Assembly (NCBI GenBank): GCA_963674965.2
Contig: CAXXFL010000001.1
Coordinates: 1,056,001-1,120,000 of the forward strand
Length of the DNA stretch: 64,000 nucleotides
Direction of reading: 5' to 3'
Origin: a bacterium
Lineage (GTDB): Bacteria; RBG-13-61-14; DATKZS01
This document shows, one piece after another, positions 10,335 to 20,500 of this stretch. The notes under the pieces were generated by a model, which searched no databases, was not told the DNA's origin, and saw only the letters and a list, made by a program, of their open reading frames with translations. A program made the position numbers and the translations under genes. Numbering within the stretch: the stretch's first letter is position 1; every line of letters begins with the position of its first letter.

Positions 10335-11069
10335 TCAATCGAGCCTGAACCTGAAGGTCTTGGTCCTGGACTCGGTGACGGGCGCTCCGTTCTCGGTCCC
10401 GGGGAAAAAGGTCCATGACTTGACGGCCGCGATGGCCGCGTCGTCGAGCACGGGAAAGCCCGAGCTTTGCACGACGTAGACGTCGCCCACGCCGCCGTCG
10501 CCGAGTATCTCGTAGCTGACGGTCACGTCGCCGGCGATGTCCCGCCTTTTGGCCATGGCCGGATAGGCCGGACTTGGACAACTGGCGCACTTGGCCTTTA
10601 CCACCGCCGGCTCGGCGGGATAATAGTCCGCGCCCCGGGTGGCGCCGGGTCCGGTCACCGCGTCGTCGGGAGGGTCCGGCTCGAGACCGATGGGGCTCGA
10701 GGCCCCCGAGTCCGCGCGCTCGGGGTTCACTCCCCTTTGCTCGGCGCTCGAGCGCGTGGCGGTGACCGTCTTCTTTTTCGCGGGAAAGGGCTGATCCGCG
10801 TTCTTTCTTTCCGAGGTCAGAGCGGGCATGGGCTCGGGTTCCTTCTCCGGCTCGGCCTTCTCGTCCATCTGGGGAAAAGGGGTCGGTTTTTCGGCCATGC
10901 CGGCCTCGGCCCCCCTAGCGCTCAGGTGGATGAGCTCGACCAGGAGAAGGCCAGGCATCTTCAGGGGGCCCGACGTCCCCCCCAGCGCCCCCGCGAAGGT
11001 AATCAGGGCCAGAAGGTGAAGGCATATGGAAATAGTAAGCGCGTATATAAAGCGCGTCCTCGGCGACAT
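10335..11069 (-). CDS. tonB: Energy transducer TonB
   Basis: TM with SxxxH (SICLHLL), EP-rich linker, YPAMAKRRDIAGDV, SSGFPVLDDAA; start at 11069 preferred over 11126. Confidence 0.85.
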   Translation of the reverse strand: MSPRTRFIYALTISICLHLLALITFAGALGGTSGPLKMPGLLLVELIHLSARGAEAGMAEKPTPFPQMDEKAEPEKEPEPMPALTSERKNADQPFPAKKKTVTATRSSAEQRGVNPERADSGASSPIGLEPDPPDDAVTGPGATRGADYYPAEPAVVKAKCASCPSPAYPAMAKRRDIAGDVTVSYEILGDGGVGDVYVVQSSGFPVLDDAAIAAVKSWTFFPGTENGAPVTESRTKTFRFRLD

Positions 11070-11263
11070 CTTCAATCCTCTCAGATCGAGTATAGATTCC
11101 CCGGCTCCGATAGTAAAGACGACCACGGGTCAAGCTCGGTTTCAAAGGCCGCGTCGCGTCCCGCCGGCTCCCTGTCTTTAATGGCCGGTATAAGTCTGGT
11201 ATCATAAATGATTTATGATACTCCGACGACTCTGACCGGCCGTCGGGGGAATCTCGCGGACCC

Positions 11264-13075
11264 ATGGAAGAAAAGGGATTAGTCAAGCGCCTTCCCGACT
11301 GGTTTCGGAAAGGCAAGATGTCCAGGTGGATCGTGCTGGGCGTGATCGTGGGAGTGATCAGCGGCCTGGGGGCGGCGGGTTTCTTTTTTCTGCTCGAGCT
11401 TTCCAAGGAGTTCACCTTCGGCCGGCTGGCCGGATATTACATGGCGACGCCCACCGGCGAAAAGCTCTTTCCCGCGCCCCAGGACATGGTCTTCAGGCGA
11501 TGGGTGTTTTTTATTCTTCCCGCGGTGGGCGGCCTCATCTCGGGGCTGATCGTTTACCGCTTCGCTCCCGAGGCCGAGGGACACGGCACGGACGCCATGA
11601 TCGACGCCTTCCATAACAACGAGGGCTCGATACGGGGCCGGGTGCCCTTCGTCAAGGCCGTCGCCACCATTTTCACTCTCGCCACCGGGGGCAGCGCGGG
11701 CCGGGAGGGACCCATAGCCCAGATAGGGGGAGGGATCGGCTCTTGGATCGCCAAGGCCCTCAAGCTTCCGGCCCAGGACAGGCGGATTCTGCTGCTGGCG
11801 GGGACCGGCGGCGGACTGGGCGCCATATTCCGCGCTCCCCTCGGGGGCGCCATCACGGCCATCGAGGTCATCTACAAGGAGGACCTCGAGACGGACGCCC
11901 TTATACCTACCGTCATATCCTCGATCACGGCCTATACCATCTACTCCCTCATCTTCAAGCACGTGTTCGACTTCAGTCCCATTTTCGAGATCAGCAAAAG
12001 CATCACCTTCAACGACCCGCGCGAGCTGATTTTCTACGTGATCCTGGGTCTGGTGTGCGTGCCGGTGGGCGTGGTTTACATCAGGGTTTTCTACGGGCTT
12101 CGCGATAAGGTCTTCCGGCCCATGCCCATACCCAATTATCTTAAGCCCATGATCGGCGGCCTGATGGTGGGAGTCATCGGCCTTTACGTTCCCGAGATAT
12201 ACAGCGGGGGGTGGGGACAGCTTCAGCTCGCCATTAACGGCCAACTGGCGCTCAAGCTGATGCTGATGATCGTGGTCTTCAAGATACTGGCCACCAGCCT
12301 GACCATCAGCTCGGGCGGGTCGGGCGGGGTGTTCGGCCCAACCCTCATGATCGGCGGCATGCTGGGAGGGGCCATCGGCGTCATCTCGATGAAGTACTCC
12401 GGCGGGATCATCGACCACGTGGACGCCCGCGCCTTCGTGCTGGTGGGAATGGCCGCCTTTTTCGCGGGCGTGGCCAACGCGCCCCTCGGGGCACTCCTCA
12501 TGGTCACGGAGATGACCGCCGGCTACCGGTTGGTGGCCCCCCTCCTCATGGTCTCCATGATCGCCATGATCTTCACCCGCCGTTACTCGATTTACGAAAA
12601 ACAGGTTAAGAACAAGTTCTCCAGCCCGGCCCACGCGGGAGAGTTCACGATCAACGTCCTCGAGGAGATGCGGGTCAAGGACGTGTACAAGCCCAAAGAG
12701 GGGATTTTCACCATCCCCGCCTCGGCCCGGTTCGCCGAGGTCCAAAGGTGCCTGGCCAACGAGGAGATCGAGGTCTGGCCCGTGGTCAGGGAAGACGGGA
12801 CCATCGTCGGCGTGCTCAGCCTGGACACGACCAAGCCCATCCTCTTCGAGGACGGCATGGACCAGATACTTAACGCCGCCGACCTCGCCATACCAGCGGC
12901 CCACGTCCATCCCACCGACTCCCTGTACCAGGCCCTCATCGAGTTTCTTAAGTACCCCATCTCGGAAATACTCGTGGTCGACAACGACGATGAAAACGAG
13001 ATACTCGGGGCCCTCGCCCACCGCGACCTAATCCGCGCTTATAACAAGGAAATCATCGCCCGGAAAGGAAAATAG
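11264..13075 (+). CDS. ClC-family chloride channel/antiporter with C-terminal CBS domains
   Basis: EAEGHGTD, GSAGREGP, GGSGGVFGP, SIYEKQ, CBS pair. Confidence 0.92.
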   Translation: MEEKGLVKRLPDWFRKGKMSRWIVLGVIVGVISGLGAAGFFFLLELSKEFTFGRLAGYYMATPTGEKLFPAPQDMVFRRWVFFILPAVGGLISGLIVYRFAPEAEGHGTDAMIDAFHNNEGSIRGRVPFVKAVATIFTLATGGSAGREGPIAQIGGGIGSWIAKALKLPAQDRRILLLAGTGGGLGAIFRAPLGGAITAIEVIYKEDLETDALIPTVISSITAYTIYSLIFKHVFDFSPIFEISKSITFNDPRELIFYVILGLVCVPVGVVYIRVFYGLRDKVFRPMPIPNYLKPMIGGLMVGVIGLYVPEIYSGGWGQLQLAINGQLALKLMLMIVVFKILATSLTISSGGSGGVFGPTLMIGGMLGGAIGVISMKYSGGIIDHVDARAFVLVGMAAFFAGVANAPLGALLMVTEMTAGYRLVAPLLMVSMIAMIFTRRYSIYEKQVKNKFSSPAHAGEFTINVLEEMRVKDVYKPKEGIFTIPASARFAEVQRCLANEEIEVWPVVREDGTIVGVLSLDTTKPILFEDGMDQILNAADLAIPAAHVHPTDSLYQALIEFLKYPISEILVVDNDDENEILGALAHRDLIRAYNKEIIARKGK

Positions 13076-13111
13076 GGGACCGGTCGCGCCGCTCGCTCGA
13101 TCGATTTTTTC

Positions 13112-13140
13112 TTGACAAGACGTCTGAAAACCGTTAAGCT
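13112..13140 (+). promoter_or_regulatory. Sigma-70 promoter upstream of the cobalamin riboswitch
   Basis: TTGACA-N17-TAAGCT. Confidence 0.65.
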
Positions 13141-13166
13141 GATTTTACTGAAAATATAAAATACAT

Positions 13167-13319
13167 CGTTTCGGTGCCTTCGTGTTAAAAGGGAAGATGG
13201 TGAAATTCCATCACGGACGCGCCACTGTAATCGGTTTTACGCTCTCGAAAAAGCCACTGGGAAAAAACCCCGGGAAGGCCGAAGAGATACAGCCGTAAGT
13301 CAGGAAACCTGCCGGAACG
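13167..13319 (+). promoter_or_regulatory. Cobalamin (B12) riboswitch
   Basis: Closing helix cgtttcgg/ccggaacg; GGTGC...AAAAGGGAA; GGTGAAATTCC; GCCACTGTAA; AGCCACTGG...GGGAAGG; B12-box AGTCAGGAAACCTGCC. Confidence 0.93.
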
Positions 13320-13371
13320 TTCTTCACGCCGCTTCCTCGCGACAGGGAAGGTGAAGGGAAACCAGGAATTT

Positions 13372-13404
13372 CCCCGACGCTTCAAGGCGGTCGGGGTTTT
13401 TTTT
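13372..13404 (+). terminator. Intrinsic terminator forming the riboswitch expression platform
   Basis: CCCCGAC...GTCGGGG stem followed by T8. Confidence 0.8.
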
Positions 13405-13680
13405 CGCCGGCGAAAAGCCGGAAACGGCGAGCGTCACGGCCTTGACGGGAGGCCGTCCGTTATATTCCTCCCACGGGAATATCGGGCTTGAAATATAGGC
13501 GCGAAGGACAGGGGGGCCGGGTTTCGGCCTCGATGATCCCGACGCTTTTTCATGGTCCCTCCCGAGGAGTGGAAAAAAATGCATGAAAGGTTCGAATCCG
13601 GCGGGGCCGGCGGTGAGATTCAGCGCATGATCGAATATAATCGATATTTTACTCAAGACGATCACGTAAAGGGGGCCGTT

Positions 13681-15804
13681 ATGCCTTTGAATCTTTCCGC
13701 GTCTCTCGGGTTTAGAAGTTTTTCCCGGGCCCGCCGTCCTCTAGTTCTGGCGGCGTGTCTTTTACTTTTCCCCAGCCTTCGGACCCTGGCCCAGACGGGC
13801 GGGCCTTATCCCATGCCCGCGCCGATCGCCTCCCCCTCGGAGGACGGCGCCCAGGGGGATGACGATTCCGAGACGATCGCGCCCTCGGAAGACGATACCG
13901 TCATTTCTCCCTCCGAGGGCGTGGCCGAGGTGACGGGGGAGTCGGGCGTGGACCTTGGCCAGCGCCTGGACGAGACCGCCGCCCCCATGGTGGTGGACAT
14001 GAACGACCATCCCCTCACGGGCGCCCGCCTGGCCGAGGCCCTGGAGGGCGTCCCCGGCGTTCAAGTGCTCGAGAGCGGGGGGGAGGAAGGCCCTTGGCAG
14101 ATCATGATCCGGGGCGGCGACCCCCGCGGCGTGGCCGTGTACTTCGACGGAGTGCTCATCTCCGACCCGGTGGGACGGCGGGTGGACGTCTCCCACGCCC
14201 CCGTGTTCCTGATCGACAGCGTGCGTATCTATAAGAACACCGCCCCCGAGGGATACCCGGTCTCGGGCGGGTACGGCGTTATCGACTTCAGGACCAAGGC
14301 CGCCTCGAGTTCCCCCTCTTTGGAGGCGAGACTCGAGGCCGACGACCTCTCGACGCTCGAGGTTTCGGCCTCGGTGAGCGACGCGGCCATGGGAGGATCG
14401 GCCCTTCTTGGGCTCTCGGAGAAAAACGGGCCCGGCCGCTTCGATTACGAGAGCGACGCGGACGAGGACCGGACCCGCTCGAACAACGCCTTCGAGCAAC
14501 ACGACGTGCTTATTAAATACGACAGGAGAGTGGGCGGCTTCAGGCTGTACGCGGCGACCCTGTATCAAAGGACGTCCCACCAGCTTCCCGGACCCGACGG
14601 GGCCGAGGCCGACAAGGCGGAGGAGGGAGGGGAGTTCCTCATTTCCTACGCCGGCTTGAGGCGTCCCGGCGTCCTGGACCCGAACCTGGACGCCGAGATC
14701 AGGGTCCATTACCTGCTCGATCAGTCATGGTTCGACGACTCGAGGGGGGAGCTTGGTCCCGCCCGGGACGAGCAGTACGGAAGATACCGGCTGGGCACGG
14801 AATTGTTCTTCGATTATTACGGGCTACCGGGCAACTGGCTGTCGTGGCGGCTGGCGCTTTTCGAGGACTGGTACGAGCCCTTCAGCAAGCTCGACTCCCG
14901 GGTCAACGACCTGGAATATCAAAGGTCCAGCGTCTATTTCACCGTGGCCGACGAGCTTTCGCTCTTTGACGACGCCATCCTGATCAAGCCGAGGGTGAGG
15001 TACGCCTATGAGGCCAACTCCTATGGAGGGCCCTCCCTCCTGGAGCAAAGCGGGGAGGAATTCAACTCCACCAGCTTCTCGAACGTCACCGTCGAGGTCA
15101 ACGTGGCCTACCAGTTCCTCGAGGACCTCACCATCAGCGGCCACGTGGGCCAGTTTTTCCGCTCGCCCAACATGCTCGAGGAGTACGGCGACGCGACCGA
15201 GATAATGGGCAATCCTTACCTTAGCCCGGAAAGGACCCTGTCCCAGGAGATCACCGCGGCCTACGATCCTGGCGTCGTCTGGCTGCTGGACAAGTTCGAC
15301 GCTCGGGTGACGGTGTTCGAGAACAAGACCTATAACCGGATCGGCTGGACGGCCCTTCCCGGAGGAATAGTACAGGCCACGAACCTGGGGGAGGCCCGTG
15401 TCTCCGGCGTCGAGGCCTACGCCCGGTTCAACATGCAGGACATACTGGCCGTCAAGGCCTCATACACGTACCAGGACAGCAGGATGATGTCGGACGATCC
15501 CGAAATCGACCGCGGCCGCGTGCCCGGCGTTCCCCTTTCCCAGGGCGGGATCACGGCCATGCTGTTCCAGCCTTACGGGAAGGTTTACTACGAGGGTTTT
15601 TATCAGGGAGAGCGCTGGCTTGACGAGGCCAACGACGTCAAGGCCGATCCCCGCCTGATCCATAACGCGGGCGTGGTTTACTACTGGGGACGGGGAAGCG
15701 TTGGGTTCAAGGCCGTGAACATAGGGGACGAGCGGTCGAGGGAGGTCCTCGACTATCCGCTGCCCGGAACGCGGTACATAGTTTCAGTGGAGGTAATCGA
15801 ATGA
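13681..15804 (+). CDS. TonB-dependent outer-membrane receptor, BtuB-like cobalamin importer
   Basis: Signal peptide, plug ([13 protein letters not shown]...IMIRG...[10 protein letters not shown]), [11 protein letters not shown]...GNPYLSPE, C-terminal YPLPGTRY; downstream of a B12 riboswitch; start at 13681 preferred over 13552. Confidence 0.85.
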   Translation: MPLNLSASLGFRSFSRARRPLVLAACLLLFPSLRTLAQTGGPYPMPAPIASPSEDGAQGDDDSETIAPSEDDTVISPSEGVAEVTGESGVDLGQRLDETAAPMVVDMNDHPLTGARLAEALEGVPGVQVLESGGEEGPWQIMIRGGDPRGVAVYFDGVLISDPVGRRVDVSHAPVFLIDSVRIYKNTAPEGYPVSGGYGVIDFRTKAASSSPSLEARLEADDLSTLEVSASVSDAAMGGSALLGLSEKNGPGRFDYESDADEDRTRSNNAFEQHDVLIKYDRRVGGFRLYAATLYQRTSHQLPGPDGAEADKAEEGGEFLISYAGLRRPGVLDPNLDAEIRVHYLLDQSWFDDSRGELGPARDEQYGRYRLGTELFFDYYGLPGNWLSWRLALFEDWYEPFSKLDSRVNDLEYQRSSVYFTVADELSLFDDAILIKPRVRYAYEANSYGGPSLLEQSGEEFNSTSFSNVTVEVNVAYQFLEDLTISGHVGQFFRSPNMLEEYGDATEIMGNPYLSPERTLSQEITAAYDPGVVWLLDKFDARVTVFENKTYNRIGWTALPGGIVQATNLGEARVSGVEAYARFNMQDILAVKASYTYQDSRMMSDDPEIDRGRVPGVPLSQGGITAMLFQPYGKVYYEGFYQGERWLDEANDVKADPRLIHNAGVVYYWGRGSVGFKAVNIGDERSREVLDYPLPGTRYIVSVEVIE

Positions 15805-17420
15805 AAGGGTTTGGATCGAGGGTGGTTTTCTTTATTTGTCTGATCGCGGCTTGGGGACTTGCGGGCGCGGCCCCGGCGGCCCCCGAGCTTATCAACTATC
15901 AGGGACGCTTAACGGACGCCTCGGGAGTTCCGCTCGACGGCGTGACGGTCGACTTGAGCTTTACCTTCTACGGCGCCGAGACGGGAGGGACGGCCTACCT
16001 GACGGTCATCCAGGAGGACGTCCTGGTCGGAGGCGGCATCTACTCGGTGCTGATCGGCTCCGGCTCGATCGTGCCCGGAACCAGGTCCAGCCTGTCCGAC
16101 CTTTTCCTGTCCTATGACCGGCTCTACATGGGAGTTAGCGTGGACGACGACCCCGAGATGGTCCCCCGCCAAAGGATCACCAGCGCGCCCTATTCCCTCA
16201 GCGTGGACCCCAGCTTTATCGACCGGTTCATTAACGACGCCGACTTCGACGGCGACGGCTACGACAAGCTCTCGCAAGGCGGCTCGGACTGCGACGACGG
16301 CTCGGCCTCGGTGTATCCCGGCGCTCCCGAGGTCCCCTGCGACGGCGTGGACCAAGACTGCGACGGGGAGGACTCGTGCAGGCTCTTCGTCGCGTCCACC
16401 GACTACATGGGCAATAACGTCGTATACCACGGGACCCTCGACCCCGCGGGACTGGACCCCGCCTTTCTGGACCAGACCACCCTGGGCGCGGACCCTTCCC
16501 TCGACCCGGTCCTCACCTACCGGGAAAACACGGGCGGCGGCTGGCCCAACGTGATCCAGAGAGAGGGGTGGAGCGGATCGGGACTGGGAACCATCGACAG
16601 GCTCGACCCCTCGAGCGGCTTCACCGTTGGCTTGTCGTTTATCGTGAACGACGGGACCAACTCGGCCAACCCCCAGGACATGCTGGTCATATCCTCTTCC
16701 AAGGCCTACGTCACGCGCTTCGAGGGACCTTATAACGACGCGCTTATAGTGGACCCCTCCAGCGGGACGACCCTGGGAAGCATTGACTTGAGCTCCCTGG
16801 CCACCAACTCCGACGGCCTGCCCCGAGCCGCCAGGATGCTCATGGTTGGAAGCACGGTCTACGCGCTCATCCAGGATATCAACAACTATTTCAGCGAGTA
16901 CGGAAAGGGAAAGATCGCCGTGATCGACCCGGCCTCGGACTCCCTCTCCGGCTCCATAGAACTGACCCTGAAGAACCCGACCAACTTTTTTTACCAGGCC
17001 CCGCAAAACCGGCTGGTGGTCGCCTGCGCCGGCGACTGGGCCGACTCGAGCCTCAGCGGCATCGAGCTGGTCGACCTCGCGACCCTGTCATCCGACACCG
17101 TGCTCGTGAGAGGAAACGACCCGGCGGTAAGCGGCTTTATCACCGACGTGGTCGACGTGGGGGGGGGCAAGGCCATGATGCTTATGACGACCTTGTCTTA
17201 TACCAACGAGATACGTCCATTGAGCCTGGGCACGGGGGCCGTGGGCGCGTCGGTCTACGCCTCGAGCTACGTGGCGGACATAGACAAGGACGGGTTTGGA
17301 CGCCTGCTGATAGCGGACAACTCCGGGTCCTCGATAGTGATCATGGAAACGGCCAGGTACACCGTGGTGGACGCCGCGGCGCTCGTCACGCCGCCCCAGT
17401 CGGTGATGAACTGGTACTAG
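15801..17420 (+). CDS. Secreted modular protein: 'YQGRL' N-terminal domain, Asp/Cys metal-binding motif and YncE/BtuG-like beta-propeller
   Basis: Signal peptide; [10 protein letters not shown]...[51 protein letters not shown] propeller; ATGA-coupled to the receptor. Confidence 0.75.
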   Translation: MKGFGSRVVFFICLIAAWGLAGAAPAAPELINYQGRLTDASGVPLDGVTVDLSFTFYGAETGGTAYLTVIQEDVLVGGGIYSVLIGSGSIVPGTRSSLSDLFLSYDRLYMGVSVDDDPEMVPRQRITSAPYSLSVDPSFIDRFINDADFDGDGYDKLSQGGSDCDDGSASVYPGAPEVPCDGVDQDCDGEDSCRLFVASTDYMGNNVVYHGTLDPAGLDPAFLDQTTLGADPSLDPVLTYRENTGGGWPNVIQREGWSGSGLGTIDRLDPSSGFTVGLSFIVNDGTNSANPQDMLVISSSKAYVTRFEGPYNDALIVDPSSGTTLGSIDLSSLATNSDGLPRAARMLMVGSTVYALIQDINNYFSEYGKGKIAVIDPASDSLSGSIELTLKNPTNFFYQAPQNRLVVACAGDWADSSLSGIELVDLATLSSDTVLVRGNDPAVSGFITDVVDVGGGKAMMLMTTLSYTNEIRPLSLGTGAVGASVYASSYVADIDKDGFGRLLIADNSGSSIVIMETARYTVVDAAALVTPPQSVMNWY

Positions 17421-17547
17421 GGCTCGGGCCGGGGAAGGCGTCCGCGTAGGGCATCCCTGTAAAGGTTTGGCGGACCGTCTTCCCCGGACCATGGCTTCTT
17501 TTTCACGGCCCTCTCCAAGAGCGGCGCGGACCCTGATAAAGGAAAGA

Positions 17548-20500
17548 ATGGTCATGCTGACAAGGAACAAATGGGCGCTTTGCACGTCCCTCTCGGTCGT
17601 GGTTATCTGGTTGTGCCTCTCGGAAAGGGCGCTGGCCTGGCCCGACTGCAACGCCGACGTGGTGGCCGGCTTCACCCCCTCCGCCGCCGCGACCTTCGGG
17701 CACGCGAACATGCCCGACGTGGTCCTGGGCTGGCCCGGCTCCTCGAGCATCGGAAACGGCTCCATGGACGTGGTCTCCCTCGGGTCAGGAGGAGTCATCA
17801 TCCTCGAGTTCACCGACAATGTCATCGTGGACGGACCCGGCCCCGACTTCATCGTGTTCGAGAACTCCTTTTACGTGACTCCCTATCCCGCCTCCTGCTA
17901 TGACGATTACTACTCCTTCGTCGAGCCCTTTTTCGTCGAGGCGAGCGATGACGGGGTAACCTGGAAGCGGTTTCCCTACGAGGGAACCACCATCGAGCCG
18001 GTTCCGGGCGACAGTTGCTTCAACCTGTTCCCGAGGGACTGGGGATCCATGAGTTCAAAGCCGGTGATCGAAAGGTGCGCCGGACTGGGTGGACTTGGCC
18101 CCTCTTACGACTCTCCGAGGAACCGCATCATCGCCGACGACCTCTCGAGGTGGGACCGGCGCGGCGAGCTGGGGGTTTCCGGCTGGGGCGGAGACGCCTT
18201 CGACCTGGCCGCGGTGGGCCTGTCCCAGGCAAGGTACGTCAGGCTCGAGGCCTTCGAGGTGGCCGTCGACTCCAGCATGGCCAGCTCGGACATAGACGCG
18301 GTGATAGCTCTTCACGCCGCTCCCGCCCCTGGTTCGACCGCGGACTCGGACGGCGACGGGCTGTCCGACGATGAGGAGTCGGCCATGGGCACCGACCCGG
18401 GATCTCCGGACACTGACGGCGACGGCGTCGGCGACGGCGTCGAGGCCGCCTCCTGCCTTTGCCCGCTTATTTACGGCGACACTCTTCTCGGGATCGACGT
18501 GGACGTTCTTACGGGCGACACGGACGCGGACGCCTTCGTGGACTGCTACGACAATTGCCCGGACGTGTCCAACGCCGGGCAGGAGGACGCCGACGCCGAC
18601 TTTTTAGGCGACGCCTGCGAGGCGGCTTACGGCGCGAGCGTCTCGAACCCCGACACCGACGGAGGGGGCATGCTCGACGGGCTCGAGGTCAAGGCCGGCC
18701 TGGACCCGACCAATCCAAATGACGACGTGGTCCCCGGATCGGACTCGGACGGGGACGGGCTGACCGACTACGCCGAGATCAACGTCTACTTCACCGATCC
18801 GTTGGAAAAGGACACGGACGGCGACGGCTTCACCGACTACGAGGAGGAGATACTCTATCCCTGCCTGGACGCGATCGACCCCGACACCGACGGCGATGGA
18901 TTGTGCGACGGCGACGCGGCGGTTTACGACGGCGCGACCCTATTATGCGCCGCGGGCGAGGACTACGACCTGGACGGACAACTCGCGTGCGGGCTCGAGA
19001 CCGATCCCTGCGAAGTCGACACGGACGGCGACGGTCTGGGCGACGGCGACGAGGCCCTTCTCATAGGCACGGACCCCGCCCTTTCCGACACCGACCTTGA
19101 CGGAGTGAAGGACGGCGACGAACACGGCGCCGGCTCGAACCCCATTGACCCGGTCATAACGCCGAGCGTCGAGAAGGTCTCCGGCGAGGCCAGGCTTACT
19201 TACGCGACCGGTTATTCCCGCTATTCGGCGGCGGCCTGGACCGGCTCGGAGTTCGGCGTGACCTGGGAGGACAACCGGGACGGCAACTACGAGATTTACT
19301 TCGCGAGGCTTGACGCTGACGGCGACACCCTTGGCCTCGAGACCAGGCTGACCTTCGACGCCAACTACTCGTACAGGTCCGACGTCGTCTGGACCGGCTC
19401 CGAGTACGGCGTGGCCTGGTACGACCGGCGGGACTCGAGCAATTATGAAATCTACTTCCTCCGGGTCTCGGAGGCCGGGGCCAAGATCGGCTCCGACGTC
19501 AGGTTGACCTTCGACGCCAACTATTCCTATAACCCCTCCCTGGCCTGGACCGGCTCCGAGTACGGCGTGAGCTGGCACGACCGGAGGGACCTGGACTACG
19601 AGATTTACATGGCCCGCATCGGACCGGACGGGGTAAAGATCGGCTCCGACCTGCGCGTCACGGACGACGACGATTATTCGTCCCGCTACTCCTCGCTGGT
19701 CTGGACCGGCTCCGAGTACGGGCTGGCCTGGGAGGATACCAGGTCGGACGGCGACTACGAGATTTATTTCACGCGGGTAACCGCCGAGTTGACCAAGCCC
19801 GGCCCCGACCTTCGCGTCTCCTTCACCGAGGATACCTCGACTTATCCGTCACTTACATGGACGGGAAGCCGGTACGGCGTGGCCTGGCACGACAACCGGG
19901 ACGGCAACTACGAGATTTATTTCGCGTCGGTCGAGGCGGGAGGTCTCACCGCCGGTCCCGAGACTCGGGTCACGCGGGACGGCCAGTCGTCCATGTATCC
20001 GTCCCTGGTCTGGACCGGAAGCGAGTACGGCGTCAGTTGGGACGACAAGCGCGTGGACGGCAAGGACAAGGTCTTTTTCGCCCTGCTCGATGAGGACGGC
20101 GAAAAGATCGGAGCGGCCCACCGCGTGTCCTCCGGCTCGGAGTACGCCAAGCAGTCCGACCTGGTATGGGCCGACGGCAAGTTCGGCGTGGCCTGGGAGG
20201 ACAGCTCCTCGGGCAATTACGAGGTAACCTTCGCCGTCTTCGAGACCGACTCCGACGGCGACGGCCTCCTGGACCTTTCCGGGGAGCCGGTTTACTCGAC
20301 GGACCGCCTGGACTGGGACACGGACGACGACGGCTCGAGGGACGGCGTGGACTGCGACGGAAACAACTCTAATACCTGGGACACCTGCGCCACCTGCGTT
20401 GACGGAGACTCGGACGGATACCTCGAGCTTTGCAACCTTTACGAGGGCATAAACGGTCCCGACTGCGACGACGAGGATATAGACAACTGGGTCACCTGCG

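Noticed and set aside
11279-13021. 580-aa antisense ORF, and similar long antisense ORFs opposite degQ, emrA, eno and the RND gene
   Set aside because: Mirror frames of well-supported genes, expected from high GC at third codon positions; no motifs
13589-13599. GGTTCGAATCC, a tRNA T-loop-like motif in the receptor leader
   Set aside because: No T-stem pairing, acceptor stem or cloverleaf
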